Below are positions 1 to 10,081 of a stretch of 60,865 nt of DNA, piece after piece. The stretch comes from Proteobacteria bacterium UBA6522 (lineage in GTDB: Bacteria; Pseudomonadota; Gammaproteobacteria; Steroidobacterales; Rariloculaceae), in NCBI GenBank assembly GCA_002434915.1, contig DJLG01000177.1, positions 5,001 to 65,865 on the forward strand, in the 5' to 3' direction. Below the pieces are notes generated by a model. That model saw only the letters and a list, made by a program, of their open reading frames with translations. It made no database searches and had not been told where the DNA came from. How positions within the stretch are numbered: position 1 is the stretch's first letter; each line of letters starts with the position of its first letter. Made by a program: the position numbers and the translations under genes.

Positions 1-212
1 TCATCCGGTTCAAAAATTCTATGCCACTCCCTTACACAATCTTCAATTTCAGCATTGCTTGGAAGTGCCCCCGCTTCTCGAATTCCAAATCGACGCGCTG
101 CCTTACGCTTAGCTAAACCATAGTCTTGTATGCCATGTTCGTTAACGAGTCTAGCTGCTTCCTGCGCTAATCTTTCACGTAATTCGATAATGCTAAGCCC
201 TAGCTTAGACAT
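1..212 (-). CDS. Hypothetical protein, 5' part only (runs off the window edge)
   Basis: Minus-strand ATG at 210..212 opens a frame with no stop to position 1. It reads MSKLGLSIIELRERLAQEAARLVNEHGIQDYGLAKRKAARRFGIREAGALPSNAEIEDCVREWHRIFEPD. It is absent from the ORF track because it is truncated. I recognised no family motif. Confidence 0.45.
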   Translation of the reverse strand, partial: MSKLGLSIIELRERLAQEAARLVNEHGIQDYGLAKRKAARRFGIREAGALPSNAEIEDCVREWHRIFEPD

Positions 213-255
213 AGTGATATTCCCCAATTAGCCGGAATTTTATCCGGCCAGATAC

Positions 256-2844
256 TTAGAATATAGGCTCTGGTTTCGTTAAGTTTTCATGAATTGCATC
301 AGAATAAGTTTTTACAATCGTACGGTCGGAAAGATTAGCCCTATCTGATTCAGACTGCGGTGCAAAGCCTATTCTGAATTTTTCAAATATACTATTTTCG
401 GTAGTATCAGCAACAAGCCCTGTCTTTGGGTTTATACGCACATCAATAATTCCTGTTGGCCGAAGCATCGTGTTTAAACGAGATTCATCAAGAGCTTCTC
501 GCATAAAATCGATCCACATTGGGAGCGCTGTTGATGCACCTGTTTCACGTGTTCCTAATGGTTTAACCTGATCAAACCCAATCCAAGCCGCTGTTACAAT
601 GTCACCGTTATACCCTGCAAACCAAACATCGCTAGAATCATTAGTTGTCCCAGTCTTGCCACTTAGATCAGTCCGACCAAGCTCACGATAGGCACGTCTT
701 CCGGTTCCGCGACGGACATTATCCTGCAACATGTCATTTATAAGATAAGCGTTTTGTGCGGAGATAGTTCTTTCCGTATGGTTTTCACTAGAATAAAGGT
801 CAGAAGATGTCTCAATCAGTAGAGGGTCCATATCTTCGCTATTAGCGCAGTTCGAGCACGCTAAATCAGGGTTTGCTCTATAAAGCACCTGTCCATTTTC
901 ATCTTCTATTGTTTCAATTATATAGGGAGCAACACTGTAACCACCGTTAGCAAAAGTTGCATAGCCTTGGACTATATCAAGCGGTGCGACACCACCTGAA
1001 CCTAAAGCTAGTGTGTTGTTTCTCGGCAACGCTGTTTGATCAAAACCAAAACCCTTTAAATGCTCAACTGTATGGGAAATCCCTGTTACTAGATCAGGAC
1101 TTCTGAGTATCCTGATTGATACCAAATTCAAGGATTTGATAAGCGCTTCCCTTAAACGAGTTGGACCATTAATCTCACCTGAATAGTTCTCAGGACGCCA
1201 AAATGTTTCTAGCTCAGAACTTTGCTCCACAATCGGCGCATCATTAATGATACTTGCTGCCGTAAATCCACGTTCAAGAGCAGCGGAATAAATGAAAGGC
1301 TTAAAAGCAGACCCAGGTTGGCGGTCTGCGTCCATGGCACGATTGAATTTGCCATTTTTTTTCTCGTCATAAAAGTTAAAACCACCAGTGAGTGCTGTAA
1401 TAGCGCCATCCTGTGGATCTATAGAAATCAGTGCACCCTGAACATCAGGAACCTGTGCAAGGCGTATATCACCAGTCTCTGATATTTCAAATAACGCGAC
1501 ATCACCAGCTTTTAGAACATCAGCTACCGTCTTAGGAGATGCGCCTTTTCGATTCTGATTAATATAAGGAGACGCCCATGCAACCGCATTAATATCTAAA
1601 GGTATTGTTCCACGATCAGTAAAGTAGACTTTTGCCTCAAAAATTGACGTTAAATCTTCCGCTTCGTTAGGGGTCTCCTCTACCGCATTAATCATAAGTT
1701 CAGTATCAATATGTTCCCCTGCCGACAATACTGCTAATTGCTGTTCTACGGTCACTATTTCATCAACACTGACTACCAACCCTGGGAAAAAGCCAGGAGC
1801 GGAGGGAAACTCCTTGATTTTTTCTGTAAGCAACTCATCCCAATCTGATTCAAGCCAGTCATCATTGAATAAAGGACCCCTATATCCATGACGCTTGTCA
1901 TACCCTATCAACGCCTTATTAAGCGCCATGTTAGAGGCCCTTTGTAAGCGTGAATCAATTGTAGTTTTGATTTTGAGTCCAGAATCTGTGGCAGCTTCTT
2001 CACCGAATCTTCTTATTGCCTCTCTGTAAGCTCTAGCAGCAACATAAGGAGCATCAAGCTCTTGTGCGCGGTCATACAAACGACTTTCTACCAGAACACC
2101 CAAAGCTGCCTGATATTCAGCCTGCGTAATAAAGTTAAGCTCTTGCATTCGCCCTAAAACATAGTTGCGCCTTTGTGCAGCTACATCCGCATTCCTTACA
2201 GGGTTATAGAGGGAAGGTGCCGCAGGTATACCCGCAAGAATAGCGGCTTCCGATAGTGTAATTTCATCTAGCGGTTTACCAAAATAAGATTGAGCCGCTG
2301 CCGCAACACCATAAGAGTTTTGTCCAAGAAATGTGGTGTTAAGGTAAATTTCAAGAATCTCTTTTTTGCTAAATTCCCTTTCTATTCGTAATGCTAGAAC
2401 CCATTCCTTAAACTTTCGTACCAAGGTTCTATCACGTGTGAGGTGCCTTTGACGAGCAATCTGCTGTGTGATGGTACTACCACCTTGCCTACTATCACCT
2501 GCGCTAAGAACAAAATATGTCATTGCTCGAAGTATGCCCTGATAATCGATACCTGGATGCTCAAAAAATCGATCATCCTCTGCGGCAAGCACTGCCTGCA
2601 CCATTACCTGTGGAATATCCTCATACTGAAGCGGTGAACGTTTCGCGCCAAACTGGCTAATCAAACGGCCATCTCGACTATAGACTGATAGGGGAGTTTG
2701 TGGGCGAACGTCTCGCAGCTCATTGGCTTGGGGCAAACTAGGGGCTACATAAAAATACCCGCCCGAAAGCAAAGCACCAATGCAAAGGCATGTGGTGACC
2801 ATAAAGGTCCCGAAACTCAATAAAATTTTACTGTAAGCGCCCAT
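256..2844 (-). CDS. mrcA: Penicillin-binding protein 1A (bifunctional glycosyltransferase/transpeptidase)
   Basis: 862 aa with an N-terminal TM anchor. GT51 motifs EDDRFFEHPG, GGSTITQQ and RKFKE are present. Transpeptidase motifs are SAFKPF (SxxK), SLN and KTGTT. Confidence 0.93.
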   Translation of the reverse strand: MGAYSKILLSFGTFMVTTCLCIGALLSGGYFYVAPSLPQANELRDVRPQTPLSVYSRDGRLISQFGAKRSPLQYEDIPQVMVQAVLAAEDDRFFEHPGIDYQGILRAMTYFVLSAGDSRQGGSTITQQIARQRHLTRDRTLVRKFKEWVLALRIEREFSKKEILEIYLNTTFLGQNSYGVAAAAQSYFGKPLDEITLSEAAILAGIPAAPSLYNPVRNADVAAQRRNYVLGRMQELNFITQAEYQAALGVLVESRLYDRAQELDAPYVAARAYREAIRRFGEEAATDSGLKIKTTIDSRLQRASNMALNKALIGYDKRHGYRGPLFNDDWLESDWDELLTEKIKEFPSAPGFFPGLVVSVDEIVTVEQQLAVLSAGEHIDTELMINAVEETPNEAEDLTSIFEAKVYFTDRGTIPLDINAVAWASPYINQNRKGASPKTVADVLKAGDVALFEISETGDIRLAQVPDVQGALISIDPQDGAITALTGGFNFYDEKKNGKFNRAMDADRQPGSAFKPFIYSAALERGFTAASIINDAPIVEQSSELETFWRPENYSGEINGPTRLREALIKSLNLVSIRILRSPDLVTGISHTVEHLKGFGFDQTALPRNNTLALGSGGVAPLDIVQGYATFANGGYSVAPYIIETIEDENGQVLYRANPDLACSNCANSEDMDPLLIETSSDLYSSENHTERTISAQNAYLINDMLQDNVRRGTGRRAYRELGRTDLSGKTGTTNDSSDVWFAGYNGDIVTAAWIGFDQVKPLGTRETGASTALPMWIDFMREALDESRLNTMLRPTGIIDVRINPKTGLVADTTENSIFEKFRIGFAPQSESDRANLSDRTIVKTYSDAIHENLTKPEPIF

Positions 2845-2975
2845 CTTTAAAGGAGTATTTTACTACCCTGTAGCCATATTCTAGCTAGAATTTAGATAAT
2901 AAGCTCTATTATTAGGGTAGCCTTTTATATTATGTAGACTAGACTCAGACATCGGAATCGATTTAAGGCACTTCA

Positions 2976-3512
2976 ATGACTAAGGCTCACAACGTATTTC
3001 TTGTGGGAGCAATGGGTTCCGGAAAAACTTCTGTCGGCCGCCAGCTCGCGCGCGAACTAGGCATGGACTTTATTGATAGCGATGAAGAAATTGAAAAATG
3101 CACAGGCGTAGACATTAGATTTATTTTTGAAAAGGAAGGTGAAAGCTTATTTCGAGAACGCGAGAAAGCTATAATTTCCAATCTCACTCAAATGGAAAAC
3201 TTAGTCCTCGCTACCGGTGGTGGTTCCATATTGGATGCTAAGAATCGGCAACTGCTAAACACTAATGGCATAGTTGTATACCTAGAGACTAGTGTGAAGC
3301 AGCAGCTTTTACGCACCCAAAAATCGAAAACACGCCCACTTCTTGTAGGTAAAAACCCTGAAGCTGTCCTGACTCGCCTGATGGCATCTCGTGGACCGCT
3401 ATATGAGCAAGTTGCACATTTTTCTGTAAATACGGAAAAAAAACGACTAGCTGTAGTTGTAAATGAGATAAAGAAAAAGCTTTTAGAACAAACCGTAAAA
3501 CCATTGAAATAA
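2976..3512 (+). CDS. aroK: Shikimate kinase
   Basis: 178 aa with Walker A GAMGSGKTSVGRQLA. It lies directly upstream of aroB, as in the conserved aroK-aroB pair. Confidence 0.92.
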   Translation: MTKAHNVFLVGAMGSGKTSVGRQLARELGMDFIDSDEEIEKCTGVDIRFIFEKEGESLFREREKAIISNLTQMENLVLATGGGSILDAKNRQLLNTNGIVVYLETSVKQQLLRTQKSKTRPLLVGKNPEAVLTRLMASRGPLYEQVAHFSVNTEKKRLAVVVNEIKKKLLEQTVKPLK

Positions 3513-3537
3513 TAATGCCCCCGGGAACATATCTAAG

Positions 3538-4626
3538 ATGGATACAATTCAAGTTGCATTAGGCGAAAGAAGCTACCCAATTCATATTGGCCCTGGGCTT
3601 ATAGGTGATCAAGAATTACTACGCCACTCAATACCTGCAACTCAGGTATTAATAGTCACAAATGAGGTTGTCGCGCCCCTTTATTTGAATGCTTTTGAAG
3701 ATGCGCTATCTGCAAAACAACAACATAGCCTTGTACTGCCAGATGGAGAGTCAGAAAAAACCCTTGCTTCTTTGGCAAAGATACTCGACAAATTGGTTGA
3801 ACAAGGGTTTCACCGTGACGCCTACCTCGTCGCTCTTGGAGGAGGAGTGATAGGAGACCTTACAGGCTTTGCCGCAGCATCTTATCAGCGTGGCATAAAA
3901 TTTGCGCAGATACCGACCACACTACTAGCACAGGTGGACTCCTCCGTGGGAGGGAAAACGGCTGTTAATCACCCCAAAGCAAAAAATATGATAGGCGCAT
4001 TCCATCAGCCAAGCTGCGTACTTGCCGATACAAATACCCTTAAAACACTTCCGACAAGGGAGTTTTCTGCGGGTCTAGCCGAAGTTATCAAACATGGCCT
4101 AATTTTAGACAGCACCTTTTTTAACTGGCTGGAAAACAACATTAAAGAGGTACTTACTCAAGATTCAAGTGCACTAACTCATATAGTTAGTCGAAGTTGC
4201 GAAATCAAGGCCGATATAGTTTCCAAGGATGAATTTGAACAGGGCGCCAGGGCACTGCTTAATCTTGGACACACCTTTGGCCATGCACTTGAATCACTAA
4301 TGGGTTATGGAGAATGGCTACATGGAGAGGCGGTTTCTATAGGAATTAATTTAGCTGCGGAAACCTCAAGAGAACTTGGCATGATAAAAACTGACGATTG
4401 CGAAAGAATTCGATCTTTGCTGAAGCAAGCTGGTTTACCGGTAAGAGACTCCAAAATAGAACCTGATGCCTTGTTAAAATTAATGAGGATGGACAAAAAA
4501 GCTAATACCAGCGGAATCCGAATGGTATTGCTTGAGGATCTTGGTAACGCCGTCGTCGTATCAAGTCCAGATGAAAGAGTTATAAAAAAAATTATTCAAA
4601 CTCAATCCATTGATAGCTCTGTGTGA
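3538..4626 (+). CDS. aroB: 3-dehydroquinate synthase
   Basis: 362 aa with the GGGVIGDLTGFAAA nucleotide-binding loop and metal-binding HGEAVSIG / GHTFGHALE motifs. Confidence 0.93.
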   Translation: MDTIQVALGERSYPIHIGPGLIGDQELLRHSIPATQVLIVTNEVVAPLYLNAFEDALSAKQQHSLVLPDGESEKTLASLAKILDKLVEQGFHRDAYLVALGGGVIGDLTGFAAASYQRGIKFAQIPTTLLAQVDSSVGGKTAVNHPKAKNMIGAFHQPSCVLADTNTLKTLPTREFSAGLAEVIKHGLILDSTFFNWLENNIKEVLTQDSSALTHIVSRSCEIKADIVSKDEFEQGARALLNLGHTFGHALESLMGYGEWLHGEAVSIGINLAAETSRELGMIKTDDCERIRSLLKQAGLPVRDSKIEPDALLKLMRMDKKANTSGIRMVLLEDLGNAVVVSSPDERVIKKIIQTQSIDSSV

Positions 4627-4629
4627 TAC

Positions 4630-5769
4630 GTGCCAGAATCATTAGCTAATTATGCTGCAACTCCGAACAATTCCCGTGGACGCCTCCACCCTGAAGACAA
4701 CTCTGACTACCGGACGGAATTTCAGCGTGACCGTGACCGTATTATTCATTCAGCAGCGTTCCGACGACTAGTCTATAAAACTCAAGTTTTTGTGAACCAC
4801 GAAGGAGACCTCTATCGGACTCGTTTAACTCACTCTCTCGAGGTAGCACAAATCGCTAGAACGGTTGCTCGAGCAATGAATCTCAATGAGGACCTAGTTG
4901 AGGCAATCAGTCTTGCTCATGATCTTGGTCATACTCCATTTGGACATGCTGGTCAGGATGCTCTTAATGAATGCATGAGGGACTACGGTGGGTTTGAACA
5001 TAATTTACAATCACTAAGGGTCGTCGATCAATTAGAAGACAGGTATCCCCAGTTCCCAGGTCTTAATCTAACGTTTGAAGCACGTGAAGGAATATTGAAG
5101 CATTGCTCTTTGAAAAATGCCCGAATTCTTGGCGAGCTTGGACAACGTTTCATAAAAAGACATCAGCCTAGCCTAGAGGCTCAGATTACTAATATTGCAG
5201 ATCAAATTGCATATAACAATCACGATGTAGATGATGGCTTAAGATCTGGATTAATTAAAATCAGCGATCTAGTTGGAATGAGTTTTTTTTCTGAGCAACT
5301 AATAATAACCAAAAAACAATACCCGAAACTTACTGAACGCCAACAATCGAAGGAAGTAATTCGAAGGATGATTGCTAGCCTAGTTACAGACCTGATTGAG
5401 ACTAGTATGTGCAATATCCGGGAATTCAAACCAGAAAGTATTGATATGATTCGCCAATACAAATATCCATTAATTAATTTTAGCGAGTCGTTTATAGAAT
5501 CTCAAAAAACTCTAAAGCTATTTCTTAGAGAAAATCTTTATAGTCATCCAAAAGTTCGCGAGATGACTAGTCAAGCACATGAGATCGTATCAACGCTTTT
5601 TTTATCACTACTAGAAAACCATAAGCTCATGCCACTTGAACATGCACTTAGCGCCAATCAGGCACATAAAGAAATAGGACTAAATGGTTCAGCACGAATT
5701 GTTGCTGACTATGTGGCAGGCATGACAGATCGTTTTGCATTGCAGTTTTATGAGGACTTAAAAAAATAA
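4630..5769 (+). CDS. dgt: dGTP triphosphohydrolase-like HD-domain protein
   Basis: 379 aa, GTG start. HD motif reads HSLEVAQI...LAHDLGHTPFGH, and the C-terminal ADYVAGMTDRFA is typical of dGTPase-like proteins. Confidence 0.85.
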   Translation: MPESLANYAATPNNSRGRLHPEDNSDYRTEFQRDRDRIIHSAAFRRLVYKTQVFVNHEGDLYRTRLTHSLEVAQIARTVARAMNLNEDLVEAISLAHDLGHTPFGHAGQDALNECMRDYGGFEHNLQSLRVVDQLEDRYPQFPGLNLTFEAREGILKHCSLKNARILGELGQRFIKRHQPSLEAQITNIADQIAYNNHDVDDGLRSGLIKISDLVGMSFFSEQLIITKKQYPKLTERQQSKEVIRRMIASLVTDLIETSMCNIREFKPESIDMIRQYKYPLINFSESFIESQKTLKLFLRENLYSHPKVREMTSQAHEIVSTLFLSLLENHKLMPLEHALSANQAHKEIGLNGSARIVADYVAGMTDRFALQFYEDLKK

Positions 5770-5836
5770 TCTGGAAAGCAATAATACAAATGCTAAATAC
5801 ACGCTACTCTATCTGTGGCTCTGCTAGAATGTACGA

Positions 5837-6559
5837 GTGTCATTAGATAAAACCTCAGACTTTTATATCCCCCCAAACCAACGCCTCATTGTTGCATTGG
5901 ATGTGCCTAATATTTATGAGGCAAAATCCCTCGTAGACAAACTCGGAAGTACCGTAGAATTTTATAAAATTGGTCTCGAGCTTGCTACAACTAGGGACTA
6001 TTTTGACCTATTGAACTGGTTAACCAATCAAGGTAAAAGTGTTTTTGCTGACCTAAAACTTTATGACGTCCCAGCTACAGTCTCAGCTGCTGTAAGACAG
6101 TTGCGTGACACAGGAGCTACTTTCCTTACCGTACACGGCGACAAATCTATTATGGAAGCAGCTGCTTCAGAAAAGGGAGACCTTCAAATACTTGCGGTAA
6201 CAGTACTAACAAGTATGGATAACGAGGATTTAAAGCAAATGGGCATTGGGTTAGATGTAGAGGATTTAGTACTTGAACGCGCAAAACTCGCTATATCTAG
6301 TGGCTGCGATGGAGTAATAGCATCCGGACTTGAAGTACAAACTCTTCGACAAACACTAGGAAATGAGGCAACAATCGTAACCCCAGGCATCCGACCAGCT
6401 GATTCTTCTGTCATTGATGATCAGAAACGCATTGTGACCCCAAAAAGTGCTTTTGAGGATGGCACAAATTATATAGTTGTTGGGCGTCCGATCCGTAATG
6501 CCATAGACCCAAAAAGTATGGCAGAAACTATACAAGCAGAAATTGCCGCTGCCATCTAA
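5837..6559 (+). CDS. pyrF: Orotidine 5'-phosphate decarboxylase
   Basis: 240 aa, GTG start. Motifs LIVALDV, DLKLYDVPATV and VVGRPI match OMP decarboxylase. Confidence 0.9.
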   Translation: MSLDKTSDFYIPPNQRLIVALDVPNIYEAKSLVDKLGSTVEFYKIGLELATTRDYFDLLNWLTNQGKSVFADLKLYDVPATVSAAVRQLRDTGATFLTVHGDKSIMEAAASEKGDLQILAVTVLTSMDNEDLKQMGIGLDVEDLVLERAKLAISSGCDGVIASGLEVQTLRQTLGNEATIVTPGIRPADSSVIDDQKRIVTPKSAFEDGTNYIVVGRPIRNAIDPKSMAETIQAEIAAAI

Positions 6560-6614
6560 TACATACAAATAAAGATATTGGCTTAGCTGTCAGAAAATGA
6601 CTTGATTAACCCAG

Positions 6615-6986
6615 TCAATTTAGATCTGCCGCATACTCTTTTAAAATTTCTAGTGGAACAATCTCAAGCGCACGGATATGCGATCCACGTAGCATCACGC
6701 GAGGTGCCATACCATGTTGTTGGGCCTCAAGCCACCGAGCCGCACACAGGCACCAACAGTCGCCTGGTTTTAAACCTGGAAAGCCGAATTCAGGTTTTGA
6801 TGTGGTCAAATCATTTCCTCTGAATCTGGAAAATTCTAGGAACTCTCCGGTTACCTGAACACACACGGTATGTGACCCAAAATCATCGTCGCTCGTGTTA
6901 CAACAGCCATCACGGAAGAAACCAGTTAGCGGATTCTCACAGCAACTTTCTAACGTCTCACCCAAAACATTTATAGGCTTATCCAT
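6615..6986 (-). CDS. DUF2237 family protein
   Basis: 123 aa. NVLGETLESCCENPLTGFFRDGCC...GSHTVCV...CWCLCAARW is the Cys-rich pattern of DUF2237. Its start overlaps the fadD stop (TAATG), suggesting translational coupling. Confidence 0.8.
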   Translation of the reverse strand: MDKPINVLGETLESCCENPLTGFFRDGCCNTSDDDFGSHTVCVQVTGEFLEFSRFRGNDLTTSKPEFGFPGLKPGDCWCLCAARWLEAQQHGMAPRVMLRGSHIRALEIVPLEILKEYAADLN

Positions 6987-8650
6987 TATTCTCGTAATTC
7001 TCGTCTAAGAATTTTTCCAATATTATTTTTTGGCAGTTTATCCATGAAAACTATGTCTCGAGGTCTTTTATAACCTGTTAGATTCTTACGACAATACTCC
7101 ATCAGCCGTTCTTTTTTAAGCAGTGGGGTTTTTCTAACCACAAATAATCGTACAGTCTCACCTGAGTGTTCATCAGGAATACCCACTGCAGCTGCTTCTA
7201 TAACTTCTGGATGTGCAACAACCACATCCTCTATTTCATTTGGGTATACGTTAAATCCTGATACTAGTATTAGGTCTTTTTTACGATCCTCAATATATAA
7301 AAATCCATGCTCATCTATTCGACCAATATCGCCAGTTTTGAGCCATCCTTCATCAGATAAAATATCTGTTGTTGCTTTAGGGTTTTTCCAGTATCCACTC
7401 ATAACCTGGGGACCACGAATATGTATTTCACCCACCTTACCTAGATTCATAGCCGTCCCGGCTTCATCGCAAATTATTACTTCTGTAGATGGCAGTGGCA
7501 ATCCAACTGAGCCATTAAACTCAAACATATCTAATGGGGTAGCACTCACAATCGGTGAAGCTTCAGTAAGGCCATAGCCTTGAGCTAATGGTCTGCCTGT
7601 TATAGCCTGCCATTCCTCCGCAATGCTTGCCTGAACCGCCATTCCTCCGCCCATTGTTGCTTTGTGTTTACTAAAATTAATTCGTGAAAATCCTGGGTAG
7701 TTTAAAAGGGCATTGAATAAAGTATTGACCCCCGTGAGATATGTAAATGGTTGACGCCTTAGTTCTCTAATCAAACTTCTTATATCACGAGGGTTAGTTA
7801 CTAAGAGGTTATGTCCGCCAAGATATATAAAACAAAGTAAATTAGCGGTTAAAGAAAATACATGGTAAAGCGGTAATGGCGTAACAACTAAATCACCACG
7901 ACCATTTAGAAAAGGTTTTGCCCATGCAGCGGCTTGTAAAACATTGCTTACCATATTTCTATGCGTAAGAATCGCTCCCTTAGGGGTTCCGGTAGTGCCT
8001 CCAGTGTATTGGAGGAATGCAGCACTTTTACTACAAATAGTTATATCTTTATAGGAGGAATTTTTACCCTTGGTGATTGCTTTTAGATAACTCTCAGCTA
8101 TCTCTATTTTCCAGCTAGGTACAAGTTTTTTTATATATCTTACGAATAAATTTGTCATAGCTCGTTTGAAAATTGGGAAATGGTCTCCCACCGCTGTGAC
8201 AATAACTTTTTCTAGTTTTACCTTTGATAATACGCTCTGCAATACAGCAGCAAAATTTTCTAAAACAACAATTACTTTAGCGCCACTATCGCTAAGTTGA
8301 TGCTCCAATTCCCGAGCCGTGTAAAGTGGATTTACATTTACTACAACCATTCCCGCTCTCAATATGCCAAATGTGACTATGGGATACTGAAGAAGATTAG
8401 GTAGCATTATCGCAACCCTGTCTCCTGGCTGAAGATCGGTATCCGACTGAAGATACGTGGCAAAATGGCGGCTTAACTGATCAATCTCCTCGAATCGCAT
8501 TGCCACACCACTATTAGAAAAAGCAGTAAGACCTGAATTTTTCTGGAAACTATCTTCAAGCAATTCCTTTAAAGAATTAAACTCATCAGGGTTTATCTCG
8601 GCTGGCACACCGTTTGGATAGGATCTTAGCCAAGGCCGAAGTTCATCCAT
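6986..8650 (-). CDS. fadD: Long-chain-fatty-acid--CoA ligase
   Basis: 554 aa with AMP-binding motifs YTGGTTGTPKGA, GYGLTE and TGDIG, and the C-terminal ILRREL typical of FadD. Confidence 0.88.
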   Translation of the reverse strand: MDELRPWLRSYPNGVPAEINPDEFNSLKELLEDSFQKNSGLTAFSNSGVAMRFEEIDQLSRHFATYLQSDTDLQPGDRVAIMLPNLLQYPIVTFGILRAGMVVVNVNPLYTARELEHQLSDSGAKVIVVLENFAAVLQSVLSKVKLEKVIVTAVGDHFPIFKRAMTNLFVRYIKKLVPSWKIEIAESYLKAITKGKNSSYKDITICSKSAAFLQYTGGTTGTPKGAILTHRNMVSNVLQAAAWAKPFLNGRGDLVVTPLPLYHVFSLTANLLCFIYLGGHNLLVTNPRDIRSLIRELRRQPFTYLTGVNTLFNALLNYPGFSRINFSKHKATMGGGMAVQASIAEEWQAITGRPLAQGYGLTEASPIVSATPLDMFEFNGSVGLPLPSTEVIICDEAGTAMNLGKVGEIHIRGPQVMSGYWKNPKATTDILSDEGWLKTGDIGRIDEHGFLYIEDRKKDLILVSGFNVYPNEIEDVVVAHPEVIEAAAVGIPDEHSGETVRLFVVRKTPLLKKERLMEYCRKNLTGYKRPRDIVFMDKLPKNNIGKILRRELRE

Positions 8651-8713
8651 AAAAACAAGCTAGACGCATGTATTTAGCAGGTAACATTAATATTATTTTA
8701 GGGAAGTGCATTG

Positions 8714-9355
8714 CTAGAGAAAATTTACCAAGATCGTCCAGACGTTTTCCATCATAACGCGATTGCCACTTTCATTTGGGTGAATACCATCGGACTGCAT
8801 CAATTCTGAGTTTAATGCGACACCCTTCATTAAAAACTCTACTAGTGGCACGCTAAACTCTTCAGAAAGTTCTGGGTATGTCTTGGCAAACTGACTGGTG
8901 TATAAAGCCCCATAGTTAGGTGGAATCTGTATGCCAGTAAGAATTGGCATCGCACCTTGAGCCTCGGTAAGCCTAAGCATGGCGCGCAAATTTTCACGTA
9001 ATTGCTCCACTGATTGCCCACGCAATCCATCATTACCACCAAGCTCGATGATAACTATTACGGGGCTATAACTATCTAATAGACCCGGTAACCGCGCTAA
9101 CCCTCCAGAACTTGTATCACCTGGAACGCTGGCATTTATTATTTCATATCCGTAACCTTCTGCTGTCATTCGTTCCTGTAGCATTGTGACCCAGGATGAT
9201 TCAATACGCAGTCCATAACCACTGCTTAAAGAATCTCCGATGACAATTATTGTCTGCTCAGCTAAGACATTCTGAGGAATAAAAATAAACGCGATACATG
9301 CCGAGATTGTCGGTGTAACTAAAATTCGAGTGTAAGAAATAAATCTAAAAAACAT
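8714..9355 (-). CDS. tesA: SGNH/GDSL arylesterase / acyl-CoA thioesterase I (secreted)
   Basis: SGNH blocks GDSLSSGYG, GGNDG and DGIHP are present. The ORF opens at 9436, but the internal Met at 9355 precedes a signal-peptide-like segment and avoids an 83-nt overlap with ybbA, so I prefer it. Confidence 0.8.
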   Translation of the reverse strand: MFFRFISYTRILVTPTISACIAFIFIPQNVLAEQTIIVIGDSLSSGYGLRIESSWVTMLQERMTAEGYGYEIINASVPGDTSSGGLARLPGLLDSYSPVIVIIELGGNDGLRGQSVEQLRENLRAMLRLTEAQGAMPILTGIQIPPNYGALYTSQFAKTYPELSEEFSVPLVEFLMKGVALNSELMQSDGIHPNESGNRVMMENVWTILVNFL

Positions 9356-10052
9356 GACAGAGCCTAAATCCATACTTGCCGCAAAAAATCTGACTAAAAA
9401 GGTTACCAGCCCAGAGGGGGAACTGACCATCCTCAATGAGGCTTCCTTTCAAATAAATTGTGGTGAGACTGCTGCAATAGTTGGGCCATCCGGAGCCGGG
9501 AAGTCTACCTTGCTGGCCCTTCTTGCTGGTCTTGATGAGCCAACATCAGGCAAAGTTTGGTTAAACGGGGTAGAGCTCTCAACTATGGATGAGGATGGTC
9601 GAGCGCTACTTAGGAACCATCAGGTGGGATTTATTTTTCAATCATTTCATTTGCTTTCTTCATTAACGGCACTTGAAAATGTGCTTTTACCACTAGAATT
9701 AAGTGGCACGATGGAAGCTATGAGTCTTGCACAAGAAGCATTGGAGCAAGTAGGTCTTAACTCACGTATGCATCACTACCCTCGCCAACTATCCGGAGGT
9801 GAGAAGCAAAGAGTTGCTATAGCTAGGGCTTTTGTTACAACTCCATCACTACTTTTTGCAGATGAGCCTACTGGAAATTTAGACAATAAATCAGGCGAGC
9901 TTATTTTAAATTTATTATTCCAATTAAATGCTGCCGCTAATACTACCCTTGTACTAGTTACCCACGACCTCACTGCCGCAGCACGCTGTGACCGTGTACT
10001 TGAAATGGCCGCAGGAAGTATCGTTAATAATGTTAATGATCAAACACTGTAA
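9354..10052 (+). CDS. ybbA: ABC transporter ATP-binding protein (YbbA/LolD-like)
   Basis: 232 aa with Walker A GPSGAGKST, signature LSGGEKQRVAIARA and Walker B LLFADEPT. It is divergent from tesA, as in E. coli and Pseudomonas. Confidence 0.85.
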   Translation: MTEPKSILAAKNLTKKVTSPEGELTILNEASFQINCGETAAIVGPSGAGKSTLLALLAGLDEPTSGKVWLNGVELSTMDEDGRALLRNHQVGFIFQSFHLLSSLTALENVLLPLELSGTMEAMSLAQEALEQVGLNSRMHHYPRQLSGGEKQRVAIARAFVTTPSLLFADEPTGNLDNKSGELILNLLFQLNAAANTTLVLVTHDLTAAARCDRVLEMAAGSIVNNVNDQTL

Positions 10053-10081
10053 TAAATAACTAATTTTTTATTAATTTATGT

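Noticed and set aside
231-248. Hairpin GCCGGA-ATTTTA-TCCGGC downstream of mrcA
   Set aside because: It has only a 6-bp stem and no U-tract on the transcribed (minus) strand, so it is not convincing as a terminator or a REP element. No other copies occur in the window.
2878-2891. Perfect 14-bp palindrome ATTCTAGCTAGAAT in the mrcA/aroK divergent region
   Set aside because: A perfect 7+7 palindrome is expected about 3-4 times by chance in 60 kb (60865/4^7). It matches no operator consensus I know; for example, it is not a TyrR box.
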